DNA of 64,000 nt, from positions 1 to 64,000 of the IMG/VR virus record IMGVR_UViG_3300020469_000011; one strand, 5' to 3'. Below the pieces are notes generated by a model. It was not told where the DNA came from and ran no database searches. It worked only from the letters and a program-made list of their open reading frames with translations. Numbering within the stretch: the first letter of the stretch is position 1; each line of letters begins with the position of its first letter. This DNA comes from a virus. Positions 47,523-58,300 of this stretch are shown here, in pieces. Made by a program: the position numbers and the translations under genes.

Positions 47523-48035
47523 ATGAAAAAATTAGCAACAACTTTCATATGTTTTTTTGCAGCATCAAATTTTTCATTAGCAGATCCACTACTTTTTAAG
47601 GAAGAGATACCTAAAGAAGATATAAAACTTAATTACCCAGTAGTAGAATACCCAACTAGTTTGATTGCTGGATTCTTAAATTTTTGTATGAATCTAATGG
47701 TTCCAAAAATGTTACAACAAGGTACACCGCAAGAGGTAGCAGTTCCTAATGCGGCATTTATGTGTGGTTGTGTGATGGATAGTTATAGAAAAAATCAAGA
47801 TGAAGCAGTATTTCAATACGAATTAAGTAGAAAAGACAAAAGAGATGTTCCTAATTTTTCTGAGTATCTAGGTACATGTAATACATTGAATACACAAAGA
47901 GGAGCAGTTCCATCTAGTTACGATCCTATGAAGTCAATTTGGGTTAAAAAAGAAGAATTACTTCAAACGTCATTAGCAGAATCTATTTCTAATAAAATTA
48001 AAAAGAGAAAAAATGAGGCTAACTTTTCCAACTAA
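47523..48035 (+). CDS. secreted Cys-containing hypothetical protein
   Basis: Signal peptide; C...CGC..D...C. Confidence 0.6.
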   Translation: MKKLATTFICFFAASNFSLADPLLFKEEIPKEDIKLNYPVVEYPTSLIAGFLNFCMNLMVPKMLQQGTPQEVAVPNAAFMCGCVMDSYRKNQDEAVFQYELSRKDKRDVPNFSEYLGTCNTLNTQRGAVPSSYDPMKSIWVKKEELLQTSLAESISNKIKKRKNEANFSN

Positions 48036-48636
48036 ATTTGCTAAAGAACAAAATACTTATTTCGTAAGAAACAATACAAGAATTGCTTTATTTGATAATA
48101 GTATTCAATTCATATATAAGTTATCTTTTAAACTAGGTGCAATTAATAATGATGGTGTAGATGAATATGTTTTCTCTTCTTATAGTGAAGAAGAAAAGAA
48201 ATTTTTTATATCAACTCCTGAGATTGTTTTTTCAAGAAGAGATTATGATGATGCAGAAGGAAATAACGTAAATCAAATAGTTACTGATAGGTACATTGAA
48301 AAATTCAACGAGCCTGTTTCTGGATATACATTTTTAAATGATCAAATAGTATATGATCCGCAAATGCAAGATAATGCATTTCGTAATAAAGCTACCATTA
48401 ATGTAACAGGACCAAGTGGAAGAAGTTTTAAAAGTTATGCAGATCAATTGACAATTGCAAATAATGTTATGAAAGAAAAAGTATGGATTAGAAAATATGC
48501 ACAAAAACACTTCATGATTATATTTAAGTCCAATGAATTAAATACTCCAACAGATTCAACTCCTGGACCAAGAATTTATTATGGTGTGCCTGTTAAAGAT
48601 TTAAGAGAACATCCTTACGATAGGACAAAATATTAA
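48013..48636 (+). CDS. hypothetical protein
   Basis: 207-aa operonic ORF. Confidence 0.5.
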   Translation: MRLTFPTKFAKEQNTYFVRNNTRIALFDNSIQFIYKLSFKLGAINNDGVDEYVFSSYSEEEKKFFISTPEIVFSRRDYDDAEGNNVNQIVTDRYIEKFNEPVSGYTFLNDQIVYDPQMQDNAFRNKATINVTGPSGRSFKSYADQLTIANNVMKEKVWIRKYAQKHFMIIFKSNELNTPTDSTPGPRIYYGVPVKDLREHPYDRTKY

Positions 48637-48651
48637 TTAAAGGATTAAATA

Positions 48652-48948
48652 ATGAAAGTTGATGATTTTTTAAAATTAGTTGGTGATAAAGTTACTGACA
48701 TGGCAAAATATAATTCTAACGGTGGTCAAACTGGAATATATGTTTTCTTTTCAAAATGGAAAGAAGATGATATATGGGGTTATGTAGAATCTTATAAAAC
48801 TAAAGAGGGTGTAATTTATATGTGTAAAACTGCTTCGGCAGAAATTATTGAAAACCAAGATATTAAATTATATTTTGTAGATGCTCAAAGTGAAGAAATG
48901 ACAAAAATATTTGACACAATGGAGATAGATAATGAAAAAAACAATTGA
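48652..48948 (+). CDS. hypothetical protein
   Basis: AAGGA RBS. Confidence 0.55.
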   Translation: MKVDDFLKLVGDKVTDMAKYNSNGGQTGIYVFFSKWKEDDIWGYVESYKTKEGVIYMCKTASAEIIENQDIKLYFVDAQSEEMTKIFDTMEIDNEKNN

Positions 48949-49147
48949 AATTGATTTTAACTTGCCAGATTGGGCAAAATATCATGCAACGGATGAAAAT
49001 GGTGATTTTTGTATATTTGAAGAAAAACCATTTTTACTTGATGAAATTGTTGGAGAGGGAATTTTTGAAACAAAATCAAACTTTATGTTACTCGCAAAAA
49101 ACTGCACACATTCAAATTGGAAAGATTCATTAGCTATTATTGAATAA
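48932..49147 (+). CDS. conserved phage hypothetical protein
   Basis: PDWAKY.ATDENG...FEEKP...WKDSL. Confidence 0.6.
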   Translation: MKKTIEIDFNLPDWAKYHATDENGDFCIFEEKPFLLDEIVGEGIFETKSNFMLLAKNCTHSNWKDSLAIIE

Positions 49148-49165
49148 TCAATTGGAGTTTATATT

Positions 49166-50239
49166 ATGAGAAGGAAAAGAAAAGAATCTAATGTAATTAG
49201 TGAACCTAAATCAAAAACACTTAATGATTTTGAAACGGCACTTCTTTTTAATTGGTATCGTGTAAATTATAATGAAAAAGATGCCAAAAAATTTCTAGTA
49301 GAATACACTTCTTGTAAGATTAAAAAATCAATTATAAACAGTTTATCTTATATTCCTTTATCGCATTGCTGGATTGCGAGAATGGTAAAAAATGGTAATA
49401 TTGTTCCTAAAAAATGTTTAGAGAATGTTGAAAAATATATAAATTCTTTAGAAAGAGAAACAAAGATACCGCAGAAAAATGATTTATTTAAAGTGTCTGT
49501 AGAAGAGAAAAATAAGAATAAAACTCTAGATGCATATAGTTATCTTGAAAACTTGATTGATAAACTTTTTGATTCTAAAGGAAAAGTAGAAGTAAAAAGT
49601 GAACCTGTAATTTCAATGTACAACTTAAATAAATCTCAAGCAAGTTTAATTGCGGACTACCTTGAAAAAGATCATCTAAAAGATTTAAGAGATATATCAA
49701 CAGATACTGAAATACAAGAGGGATACTCTTTTCTTACCAAACGTCAACAAAACTTAATTTATAAAAATTTGAAAAATCTTAAAGATGAATTTTTATCTGT
49801 GAGAAATGTTGTAGACAAAGAAAGAAAAAGAAAAGTGAGAGCCGTTAAAATAAAGCCTATTGAAGAACGCATTAGTAAATTAAAGTTTAGAAAAAGTGTT
49901 TTTAAAACTGATCAAATTGATATGAAACATTTGATTGGAAAAAGAGTTTTGTATGTAGCATCAGAAGATAAAAGAACTCTCATTCGCATAGAGTCAAAGT
50001 CTGGATTTGATACAAGATCTTCTTTTTTAATAAATGTTGATAGTGCTGAAAAGTTTGTAATTTATGGGACAAATTTAGAAAAAGGTGTTGAATATATTTC
50101 AAAAGCTAGAAATGAAAAATTAGCTAAAAAGATTAATAAACACGTTATTGTTCGTAGAAAAGAACAAATAGAAATTAAAAATAATGAGTATCGCTCAACA
50201 GATAAATTTTGTGTGATACAAGGATACTTAGATTTATAG
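49166..50239 (+). CDS. conserved T4-like hypothetical protein
   Basis: FNWY...EKDAKKF, EIQEGYS.L, RK.R..K.KP....SKLKF. Confidence 0.65.
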   Translation: MRRKRKESNVISEPKSKTLNDFETALLFNWYRVNYNEKDAKKFLVEYTSCKIKKSIINSLSYIPLSHCWIARMVKNGNIVPKKCLENVEKYINSLERETKIPQKNDLFKVSVEEKNKNKTLDAYSYLENLIDKLFDSKGKVEVKSEPVISMYNLNKSQASLIADYLEKDHLKDLRDISTDTEIQEGYSFLTKRQQNLIYKNLKNLKDEFLSVRNVVDKERKRKVRAVKIKPIEERISKLKFRKSVFKTDQIDMKHLIGKRVLYVASEDKRTLIRIESKSGFDTRSSFLINVDSAEKFVIYGTNLEKGVEYISKARNEKLAKKINKHVIVRRKEQIEIKNNEYRSTDKFCVIQGYLDL

Positions 50240-50246
50240 GAGATTT

Positions 50247-50675
50247 ATGAGCTTAAAACCCGTACCAATAATTTTTGAAGAAATATCTAAAGCAAAAACT
50301 CATTTAGAGAAAGTAAAGATATTAAAAAATAATCGCAATTCAATGGTAGATTTATTGTTAGAATTAACTTTTAGTAAGAATTTAGCTATTTCTTTGCCAG
50401 TTGGAAAACCCCCTTATTTAAAAGCAGGAGAAGCAGATTTATTTAATGCAACTTTATTATACGCTAATCGTAAATTAATTGAAATTTTTATCAATGACAA
50501 TGGAAGTCATTTAAAACTAATTAAAAAAGAGCAACTCTTTATTGATTTATTAGAGAACCTAGATCCTAAAGAGGCTGAACTATTATGTGAAGTTAAAGAT
50601 AAGGAATTGACTTCTTATCCTGGAATCTCAAAAAAAGTTATACAAAAAATTTATCCGCATTGGGAACTTGCTTAA
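50247..50675 (+). CDS. DUF6433-like conserved T4-like protein
   Basis: SKAKT..EKVKILK, LPVGKPPY, KKEQLFIDLLENL.PKEAELL..VKDK. Confidence 0.7.
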   Translation: MSLKPVPIIFEEISKAKTHLEKVKILKNNRNSMVDLLLELTFSKNLAISLPVGKPPYLKAGEADLFNATLLYANRKLIEIFINDNGSHLKLIKKEQLFIDLLENLDPKEAELLCEVKDKELTSYPGISKKVIQKIYPHWELA

Positions 50676-51142
50676 TTTTTCTTGCTGACATAGGCTACTG
50701 GAATTTCTTTCATTTCATGTAACCAAAAAGCAACCATCCTATGCCTACCTTCCATTACAAATAAGTTCTTATCATTTTTTTCTACATAAATGGGAAGAGC
50801 TTTTTCACCTTTTTTTAATTGATTTAAAATTTTATTTGTTCTTTTTTCATCTTTTGGGAATTCATCGTAAGTAGAATACATTTCCTTTATCTGTTTTTCA
50901 AATTTAGAAATAGGTTCTCTTTTTAATTCCACTTTAATGTTATCAACAGAAGTATCTAACCATTCGCTCACATCTTTTAAATCTTGGTCATTTATAGTAG
51001 ATGTATCTTCTTTTAATTTTTTCTTTCCTTGGCAATGAGCCCGTTGGCTAAATCCTTTAGGATTATTACAGTCAATAGATTTTTTATACTTATCTGACCA
51101 TTTTTCTGATAAGTATATACAAAAATTTTTATATGTTTTCAT
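50672..51142 (-). CDS. capsid-targeting-like N-terminus fused to a ParB-like domain
   Basis: MKTYKNF; KWSDKYKKSIDCNNPKGFSQRAHC; PIYV...VMEGRHR; TATAAATA upstream (51197-51190). Confidence 0.65.
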   Translation of the reverse strand: MKTYKNFCIYLSEKWSDKYKKSIDCNNPKGFSQRAHCQGKKKLKEDTSTINDQDLKDVSEWLDTSVDNIKVELKREPISKFEKQIKEMYSTYDEFPKDEKRTNKILNQLKKGEKALPIYVEKNDKNLFVMEGRHRMVAFWLHEMKEIPVAYVSKKN

Positions 51143-51220
51143 AATTATTTAAAAAGTTTTTTTGATAAATAGTCTTATTGATTATGATATATTTATAAAT
51201 TTTTAATGGAGTTATATAAT

Positions 51221-51466
51221 ATGCCTTATTACGATTTCTACTGTGAACAATGTGATAAAGAATTAGAAATTAATTTACCCATAGCGAAACGAAATGATAT
51301 TATAAAATGCGAACAATGCCAAAACACACTCACAAAAAAAGTTTCTCTAATTACAATAGGTTATGATAATTTTGCTTTAACCGGCAAAAAGCCTGATGAG
51401 GGTTTCCGTGACAAATTAAGAGAGATGAAAAGAAACATTCCGAGAAATACAATCAACGTAGATTAA
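51221..51466 (+). CDS. FmdB-family zinc-ribbon protein
   Basis: MPYYDFYCEQC...CEQC. Confidence 0.8.
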   Translation: MPYYDFYCEQCDKELEINLPIAKRNDIIKCEQCQNTLTKKVSLITIGYDNFALTGKKPDEGFRDKLREMKRNIPRNTINVD

Positions 51467-51577
51467 TAAGGAGGTTTCGAATAAAAAAATATTAAATAAC
51501 TCACTCAGGTCTTATATATTCTGAGTGAGTGATAAGTAAACCTGAGTAATTCTTGTTAAAATAATACGGAGTTACTT

Positions 51578-52372
51578 ATGTCAAGAAAAAAGACACAAAC
51601 TTCTAATCGAGATCGTGGACTTCAACTGCGAGAGATTGAGCCGATGACTAACGCTCAAAATTTATTATTTAATGCGTTTTATGAAGGTTATCATGTAATA
51701 TCAATGGGTACGGCAGGTACGGGTAAATCCTTTTTATCTATCTACCTTGGATTAGAAGCGGTCTTTGACCCACACTCTCCATATAAAAAAGTTCTCATAT
51801 GTAGGTCTTGTGTACCTTCTAGAGATATCGGATTTTTACCAGGTACAGAAGAGGAAAAAATTTCTGTATATAAAAGACCATATCAATCTATTGTGCAAGA
51901 ACTTTTCAAAAGAGATGATGCTTGGGAAATTCTTGAAAAAAAAGGAGTTGTTCAATTCTGTTCAACTTCATTTTTGAGAGGAACAACAATCGATAACACA
52001 ATTATATTTGTAGATGAAATACAAAATTTAGCCTACAATGAAATTCATAACGTAGTTACTCGCATAGGAAAGGATTCGGCTTTAGTTTTAGCGGGAGATT
52101 TTGGTCAAATGGATTTAGACACGGAAGAAAGCGGTGTCAAAGACTTTTTTGAAATAGCAAAAAGAACAAAAGGCTTCAACATCGTAACTTTCCAAGAAAA
52201 AGATATAGTCAGAAATGATTTTATTAAAGATTATATCATAGCTAAAAACCAATATGATAAGGAGAAAAGAGAAAGAACTATATATAATGGCCATAGAGTT
52301 GAAAGAGAGTCATTTAATAATATAGTTGTTGCGGGTAAAAAATATGCTTTAGAGGCAACTCCTATTAATTAA
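51578..52372 (+). CDS. phoH: PhoH-family ATPase
   Basis: GTAGTGKS, IGFLPG...EK, SFLRGTT, VDEIQN, TRIG, GDFGQ.D, DIVR. Confidence 0.93.
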   Translation: MSRKKTQTSNRDRGLQLREIEPMTNAQNLLFNAFYEGYHVISMGTAGTGKSFLSIYLGLEAVFDPHSPYKKVLICRSCVPSRDIGFLPGTEEEKISVYKRPYQSIVQELFKRDDAWEILEKKGVVQFCSTSFLRGTTIDNTIIFVDEIQNLAYNEIHNVVTRIGKDSALVLAGDFGQMDLDTEESGVKDFFEIAKRTKGFNIVTFQEKDIVRNDFIKDYIIAKNQYDKEKRERTIYNGHRVERESFNNIVVAGKKYALEATPIN

Positions 52373-52427
52373 TCTATTATTTCAAAGGAACACGGGGGAT
52401 ATAGATCCCCCAAAATAGAAAGTTAAT

Positions 52428-52838
52428 GTGCAAAGATACGAAAATATTTTAAATGATTTTTTAGGTTTTTGTGAAAGTAAAAAATATGATATTGCAAGTG
52501 TTGATAAGTTGTATGAAAAAGAAAAATATAAAAGAGAGAGCAATATAGTTCTTATTTTAGCAAGAGTAGCTTTATATAAACACGTACCGCTACTAATTGA
52601 ACTTTACAGCACCAAATCAATTGGATTGTTTTTTAATTTGTTTGAATGTGATCCACTTTCAGCAAGTTTATTTACCAAAGAGTTTATGGAAAAGGAAGTA
52701 GATATTATATCGGCATTTGTTGAAATGAAAGATACGAAAGGAAAATTAACTAATATATTATTTGGTGAAGAAGCCTTTAATCAGTTTATCAAAGAGAAAA
52801 AAAATAAGTCAATAATAACACCTAATTTGCTAAATTAG
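52428..52838 (+). CDS. hypothetical protein
   Basis: 136-aa ORF. Confidence 0.5.
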   Translation: MQRYENILNDFLGFCESKKYDIASVDKLYEKEKYKRESNIVLILARVALYKHVPLLIELYSTKSIGLFFNLFECDPLSASLFTKEFMEKEVDIISAFVEMKDTKGKLTNILFGEEAFNQFIKEKKNKSIITPNLLN

Positions 52839-52854
52839 TAAGGAATATCAAAGA

Positions 52855-54261
52855 ATGGAAAGTCCGAATAAATTTTTAATTGAAGGAATTAAAAAAAATC
52901 AAATTGAAGAAGTCTTTAATAATCAAGATTTTAAAGTTGGTATAGAATATGAATTTTATAACACAAAATTTTTAGATGATACAAATCGTCCTGACGCTAA
53001 TGAAACTTTATTATTAGGATTATTCACAGATGTTTTAAATGGAGCTAAAAAGAAAAATCGTAACATATTAAATAATAATCGTAATCAAACTAAAAAGAAT
53101 AAAATTATAAATTCTTATGACATTCTTGATGATTTTGAAGCAAAAGATGCTAAAGTACTTTTGCAATTTTTTAAACGTAATGAAATTAATTTATCTGAAT
53201 TAATTGATTTGATATATTTTTACATCGCTTCACCAGGTTCTAAATTTCCAAAATTATTTAAAGAGTATGATTATAAAAAAGATGTGTTTGACAAATACAC
53301 AGGACCCGGTAAGTTTAGAAAATTTCAAAAGTTCATGGGTTTACTTAATTCTAAAGTTTCTGGTGAAGTTCCATTTCGTGAAATTAAAAAATTCTATACA
53401 AAAGAAGGTAATCTACCCCCATCAATTAAAAATCCATTAGTATCTGTTTCGGCTAAAGCAAGCAAAGATAGATGGGGTATTACAGTAGACCCTTCAATTT
53501 CTCCAGCAATAGGTGGAATAGAATTTATCAGTCCTCCTATGAAACCTAAAGAAGCTATTATAGCAACAGACCAAATATTTCGTTATATAAAACAAAATGG
53601 TAATACTGAATCTTTTTATGATGAAATGGAAATAACTAATCCTAGAATGGAAGAACCTAGTTACAGAGGCTCTAATAAAAGAGAATCCCAATGTGGATTG
53701 CATATCAATATATCTTTTAAGCCCGAAAGAATGAAAAATTTTGACCCTTTAAAATTCTTAATATTTTCTCATGAATCTCAAGTAGATCAAAAAAAGCTTT
53801 TTGGTGATAGAAAAGATGCTGCACATATAACTAAGGTACTACCAGAATTAAAGACTTATTTTTTGAAAATTAGTAAGAATGTTGATTTAGGTTCAGAAAA
53901 AACTGATGAACAAAGAGAAGCCACATTTCATGAATATACAAAAAATAAAATGAGTAAAGGTTTAAATTTATTGAAAAGTATAATGAACTCTGGTCTAGTT
54001 GCCGATAAATATAGTAATTTTAATTTAGCTAATTTTAAACACACTAATCGTTCTATTAGAAGAGCAAGTTCAGAAAGAATAGAAATTCGTTATTTTGGGG
54101 GGCAAGGTTATGAAGATAAGTTTATGTTGTTTAGAAAAGTGCTTGGTGAATTATTATACGCACTAGATATAGCAACAGACCCAGAAAAAGAAAAGAAAAC
54201 TTATTACAAAAAAGCTTATAAAATATTAAACCTTATAAGAACAGAAAATAAAAAGAAATGA
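52855..54261 (+). CDS. putative amidoligase (COOH-NH2 ligase fold)
   Basis: VGIEYEF, DPSI, GIEFISPP, CGLHINISF, KY...N, IEIRYFGG. Confidence 0.7.
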   Translation: MESPNKFLIEGIKKNQIEEVFNNQDFKVGIEYEFYNTKFLDDTNRPDANETLLLGLFTDVLNGAKKKNRNILNNNRNQTKKNKIINSYDILDDFEAKDAKVLLQFFKRNEINLSELIDLIYFYIASPGSKFPKLFKEYDYKKDVFDKYTGPGKFRKFQKFMGLLNSKVSGEVPFREIKKFYTKEGNLPPSIKNPLVSVSAKASKDRWGITVDPSISPAIGGIEFISPPMKPKEAIIATDQIFRYIKQNGNTESFYDEMEITNPRMEEPSYRGSNKRESQCGLHINISFKPERMKNFDPLKFLIFSHESQVDQKKLFGDRKDAAHITKVLPELKTYFLKISKNVDLGSEKTDEQREATFHEYTKNKMSKGLNLLKSIMNSGLVADKYSNFNLANFKHTNRSIRRASSERIEIRYFGGQGYEDKFMLFRKVLGELLYALDIATDPEKEKKTYYKKAYKILNLIRTENKKK

Positions 54262-54264
54262 AAT

Positions 54265-54414
54265 ATGTATCATAAAAATATAGCATGTAATTCATGTAAT
54301 GCAGAGTTTACTATAAAACATGAAATGATGGCAGAAATATATGAAGTTAAATGCTGTCCTTTTTGTGGAGATGAAATTGACGAAGAAGATGTGGAAGAAA
54401 TAACAGATAATTAA
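54265..54414 (+). CDS. small zinc-ribbon protein (49 aa; not in ORF track)
   Basis: MYHKNIACNSCNAEF...KCCPFCG + acidic tail. Confidence 0.7.
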   Translation: MYHKNIACNSCNAEFTIKHEMMAEIYEVKCCPFCGDEIDEEDVEEITDN

Positions 54415-54416
54415 TT

Positions 54417-54677
54417 ATGGAAACACTTACAGAAAAAAATAGTTGGAGAGTCTTATTTTTTCAAGATGTAGATAAATTATTTGAGGGATATTTATTCAAA
54501 ACTAAAGATGATGCTTTAGGAGCAGCACTTGAATACTGCAAGCAAATGAGTCCTTCTAAAAGATCTAATCTTATTAAAGTAAATGCTAAAAAATTGATAA
54601 TGGCGGCAAAAAATTCTAAAGAGTATGTAATAATAATGCCTCCAGATATAGAAAAAAATAAAAAGAAAATAATTTAA
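54417..54677 (+). CDS. hypothetical protein
   Basis: Operonic ORF. Confidence 0.5.
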   Translation: METLTEKNSWRVLFFQDVDKLFEGYLFKTKDDALGAALEYCKQMSPSKRSNLIKVNAKKLIMAAKNSKEYVIIMPPDIEKNKKKII

Positions 54678-54682
54678 TAAGG

Positions 54683-55144
54683 ATGATTATGAAGAAATAT
54701 TTTTTAAGTTTATTCATTATGTTTTGGGTTTTTATAGTAATAGGAACAACTTTTAGTAATTTTTTAAAAGCTGAAGATTTAGAGTATCCAATTTTTAAAA
54801 GTTGTTATGATGGTGATACTTGTAAATTTGATATACCGGATGTGCCAGATGTTTTTGGTAAAAATTTAGCCGTAAGAATAAGAGGTATTGATACGCCAGA
54901 AATTAGAGGAAAATGTGAGAATGAAAAAATTATGGCAAAAAAAGCAAAAGAATTTATTAATTTTCTAATGAACAAAGCGACTTTAATAGAAGTTAAAAAT
55001 GTAGAAAGAGGTAAATATTTTAGAGTTGTTGCCGATGTATATGTTGATGGTAAGTCTATTGCAAAATATATGATACAAAATGATTATGCTCTACCTTATG
55101 AAGAAAACATTGATTGGTGTAAGCATAGAAGAATAAGGAAATAA
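54683..55144 (+). CDS. thermonuclease (SNase-like) with signal/TM segment
   Basis: YDGDT, VRIRGIDTPE, GKYFRVVADV. Confidence 0.88.
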   Translation: MIMKKYFLSLFIMFWVFIVIGTTFSNFLKAEDLEYPIFKSCYDGDTCKFDIPDVPDVFGKNLAVRIRGIDTPEIRGKCENEKIMAKKAKEFINFLMNKATLIEVKNVERGKYFRVVADVYVDGKSIAKYMIQNDYALPYEENIDWCKHRRIRK

Positions 55145-55331
55145 TATCACTGACAGAAGCTTTATTTTAGACGCCAGTGAATTTTTATAAGCGAATCAAT
55201 CATTCGCAAGCAAGTTATAAAAAAATATGAAAAAAAATAAAAAAAATAATTAGTTTGTTTGAATGACATAAATAAAACAAAGCCCTTTTATATAAAACAA
55301 TTCAAACAAACGAACTTTTGGAAATACAAAC

Positions 55332-58300
55332 ATGAGTAATATTCCTCTTCTATTATTGAGCAACACTTTTGGTGAGTGGTTAATAACAATTAACAATGTC
55401 ATAGCAGAAAATAATAATTCTTCTGCGAATGGTGTATCAAATACATTGACAAGATTTGATGCAAATGGCTCACTTACATTCAATGAATTAAACTCCAACA
55501 ATGTTCAGTTAAAAGTCGGTCCTGCGATTAATGAAGTTAGAACTGATTTTCAACAAAACAATCACACTTCTGTAGCAACTACAGGAGCTATTCTTGAATT
55601 GTTAACTGGAAGTAATAGTATTCTTCCATTGAGGCTTGAGTCATTGAGGTTTGGTACTTCATTTGATTCAGTAAATGCAATATCCAAAAGTTTTAGTGCA
55701 AGTGACCCAAATACATTATTAACATCAAATGCTATTTACAATTTCTTAACGGGCACAAGAACATTAAGTTTTGACCTTAGATCTGATTCTATTCGTATTG
55801 GTTCAGGACCTGTTATAACTGAAATAGCTACTACATTTTCTTCTATTGATAATTCAACTGTACCTACAACAAGTGCTGTAAGCAACTACTTATCAAGTGC
55901 AGCAACCATTAATTTGGACCTAGCATCTTTAAGATTGAATACGGGACAATCTGTAAATAAAATTGCAAATAACTTTAATAGTGTTGACGACACTACACTA
56001 GTGACTGCAAAGGCTGTTTATAATTTGGTTGGTGGAATTGATAACGATATTGGAACTATTGAAGGTAGAAGTATAGATTTGGGTTCTACTTATGTTGTAA
56101 ATAATTTTGCTATTGATTTCAGCACAATAACTCACTATTCTTTACCCACTGTAACTGCGGTAAAAGACTTTATAACAAGTGGAAACTATAGTCTAGATGT
56201 ATCTGCTAATTCTTTAACAGCAACTAATTTACATACAAATGCTATCTCTATAGATGGTCATACTATTAATAGCATAAGAACAGACTTTAATTTACTTTCA
56301 AATGATGAGTTAGTTACTTCAAATGCTGTATATAATCTATTAACTGATGGAAATGTAGTTTTAAATTCTCAATTTTCAAATACACATACGTCTAGTATAT
56401 CTATAAATGGATATTCAATTAATGCTGTAGCAAATGTAATAAATGCTGCAAACACAAATAATCATACTTTAGGAACAACACAAGGAATTTATGACCTTTT
56501 ATCTGGAGGTGTAACTACTGTTCCTCCACTTCCAATTTCTGCTAATTCATTCTCATTCCCAGGTGGTACTGGAAATACATCAGTAAATTCTATTGCTACA
56601 AATTTCTCTTCTATAAATGATAATAGTTTAGTCACAGCAAATGCAGTTTATAATTTATTAACTGATGGTTCTGTTAATTTAGCTGTAGATTTTGATTCAA
56701 TCACTTTAGTGAATGGAGTAACTGTAAATGGAATCGCTACTGCTATTACAACTGCTAATACGAATGATTATACTCTAGCCACTACAAAAGCAGTTCATGA
56801 CACTATAGGAAGTGGTGTAGGCAACATCACAGTTGCACAAGTAGAAACAAATGACTTGTACTCATTTCAAGTAAGTTTAGGAAATTATGCATTTGGTAGG
56901 TCAACTGCTCAAAATGCTGCATCAGCAGGAACAGCAACTTTAGCTACTCCTTGGGTATATACTTCTACATTAGAAGCTTATGATCAAAAGAATGCAAGTG
57001 GTACGGGTATTATATTAAGTGCAAATTCAAGTTCACCTGCAGGAGAAACAGTTGCTGCAAATAACATTGCATTTTTTACAGGCGGATCAATACGTCTAAA
57101 GGTTAATAATACAGAGATAGATGCTGGATCTAGTATTGTTAAAACAACAGCAACTCCTTCAGCATCAAGTCATTTGATAACAAAAGCCTTTGCAGATGCT
57201 ACTTACAATCCTGTTGGAAGCACAGGTACTAGAATTGCAAACAATGCGATTAATGTTGATATAGATGCTAATAATATTGTATTCACAGGTAATAGTGAGC
57301 CAGCAACTAATGACACTTATACTTTAGGAAATTCAACAAATAGATTTAAAGATTTATATCTAAGTGGTAGTGCATTTATTTCAGATGATTCTGCAATTAC
57401 TTCTTCAAATGGAAGTATACAGTTTAATGCTAATAACCAAACAATAGAAGTTCTAGGAAATGGTTCTTCTGTAACTGGTAAATTAACTTTAAATTGTGAG
57501 ATGAATTCACACGGACAAACTATTGTACCACAACCACATAGTGCAGCCGTTACAAACACTTTAACTTTACCAGCAAACGGCAGTCAAGAAATTGTTGGTA
57601 CAATTGCTACACAAACATTAACAAATAAAACATTAGGTCAAACAAGTTTAAGTGGAGATTTATTACCAACTGCTGATTCAACATATAATCTAGGATCACC
57701 TGCAAATAAATTCAAAGATTTATATCTGTCATCTTCAACACTATGGTTGGGTGATTTAATAAAATTAGACACTTCATCTGGTGTAGCTAAGTTCTTAAAG
57801 AGAAATCCAAGTAGCTTACCTTATATATTTTCTATTATTGGTGGTGATAGTGCTAATGCAATATCACATGTTAATACTACATTTAGTTATAGTCCTGCTA
57901 GAACTGCATTATCTGAATTAACATCAAACGATTTATTAAGTTATTTACAAACATTTGCTTCTTTTGGAAATGCACAATTGGGAACTTTGTTTCCACCAGA
58001 AAAAGATGCTACTGGCAACACAAGTACTTATTACAATGTTAATGATTACTCTGATATTATAGCTCAAGAAAGACCAGGAACAATTGCTTCGGATGTATCG
58101 GAAGCCTCTACATATGCTCTTGATTACGGAGTATCAAGTACAGCCACCTTTAAAAGACCTGATATAGATGTTACACTATCTTTAACCAATGTTTCTGATT
58201 TAGAAGGAATGACGGTACATGTAACTGCTTTTGTTGTACAAAACACAACTCCACATACAATGTCAGGTATATTAATTAATGGAAATAGTGCGAATCAGTT

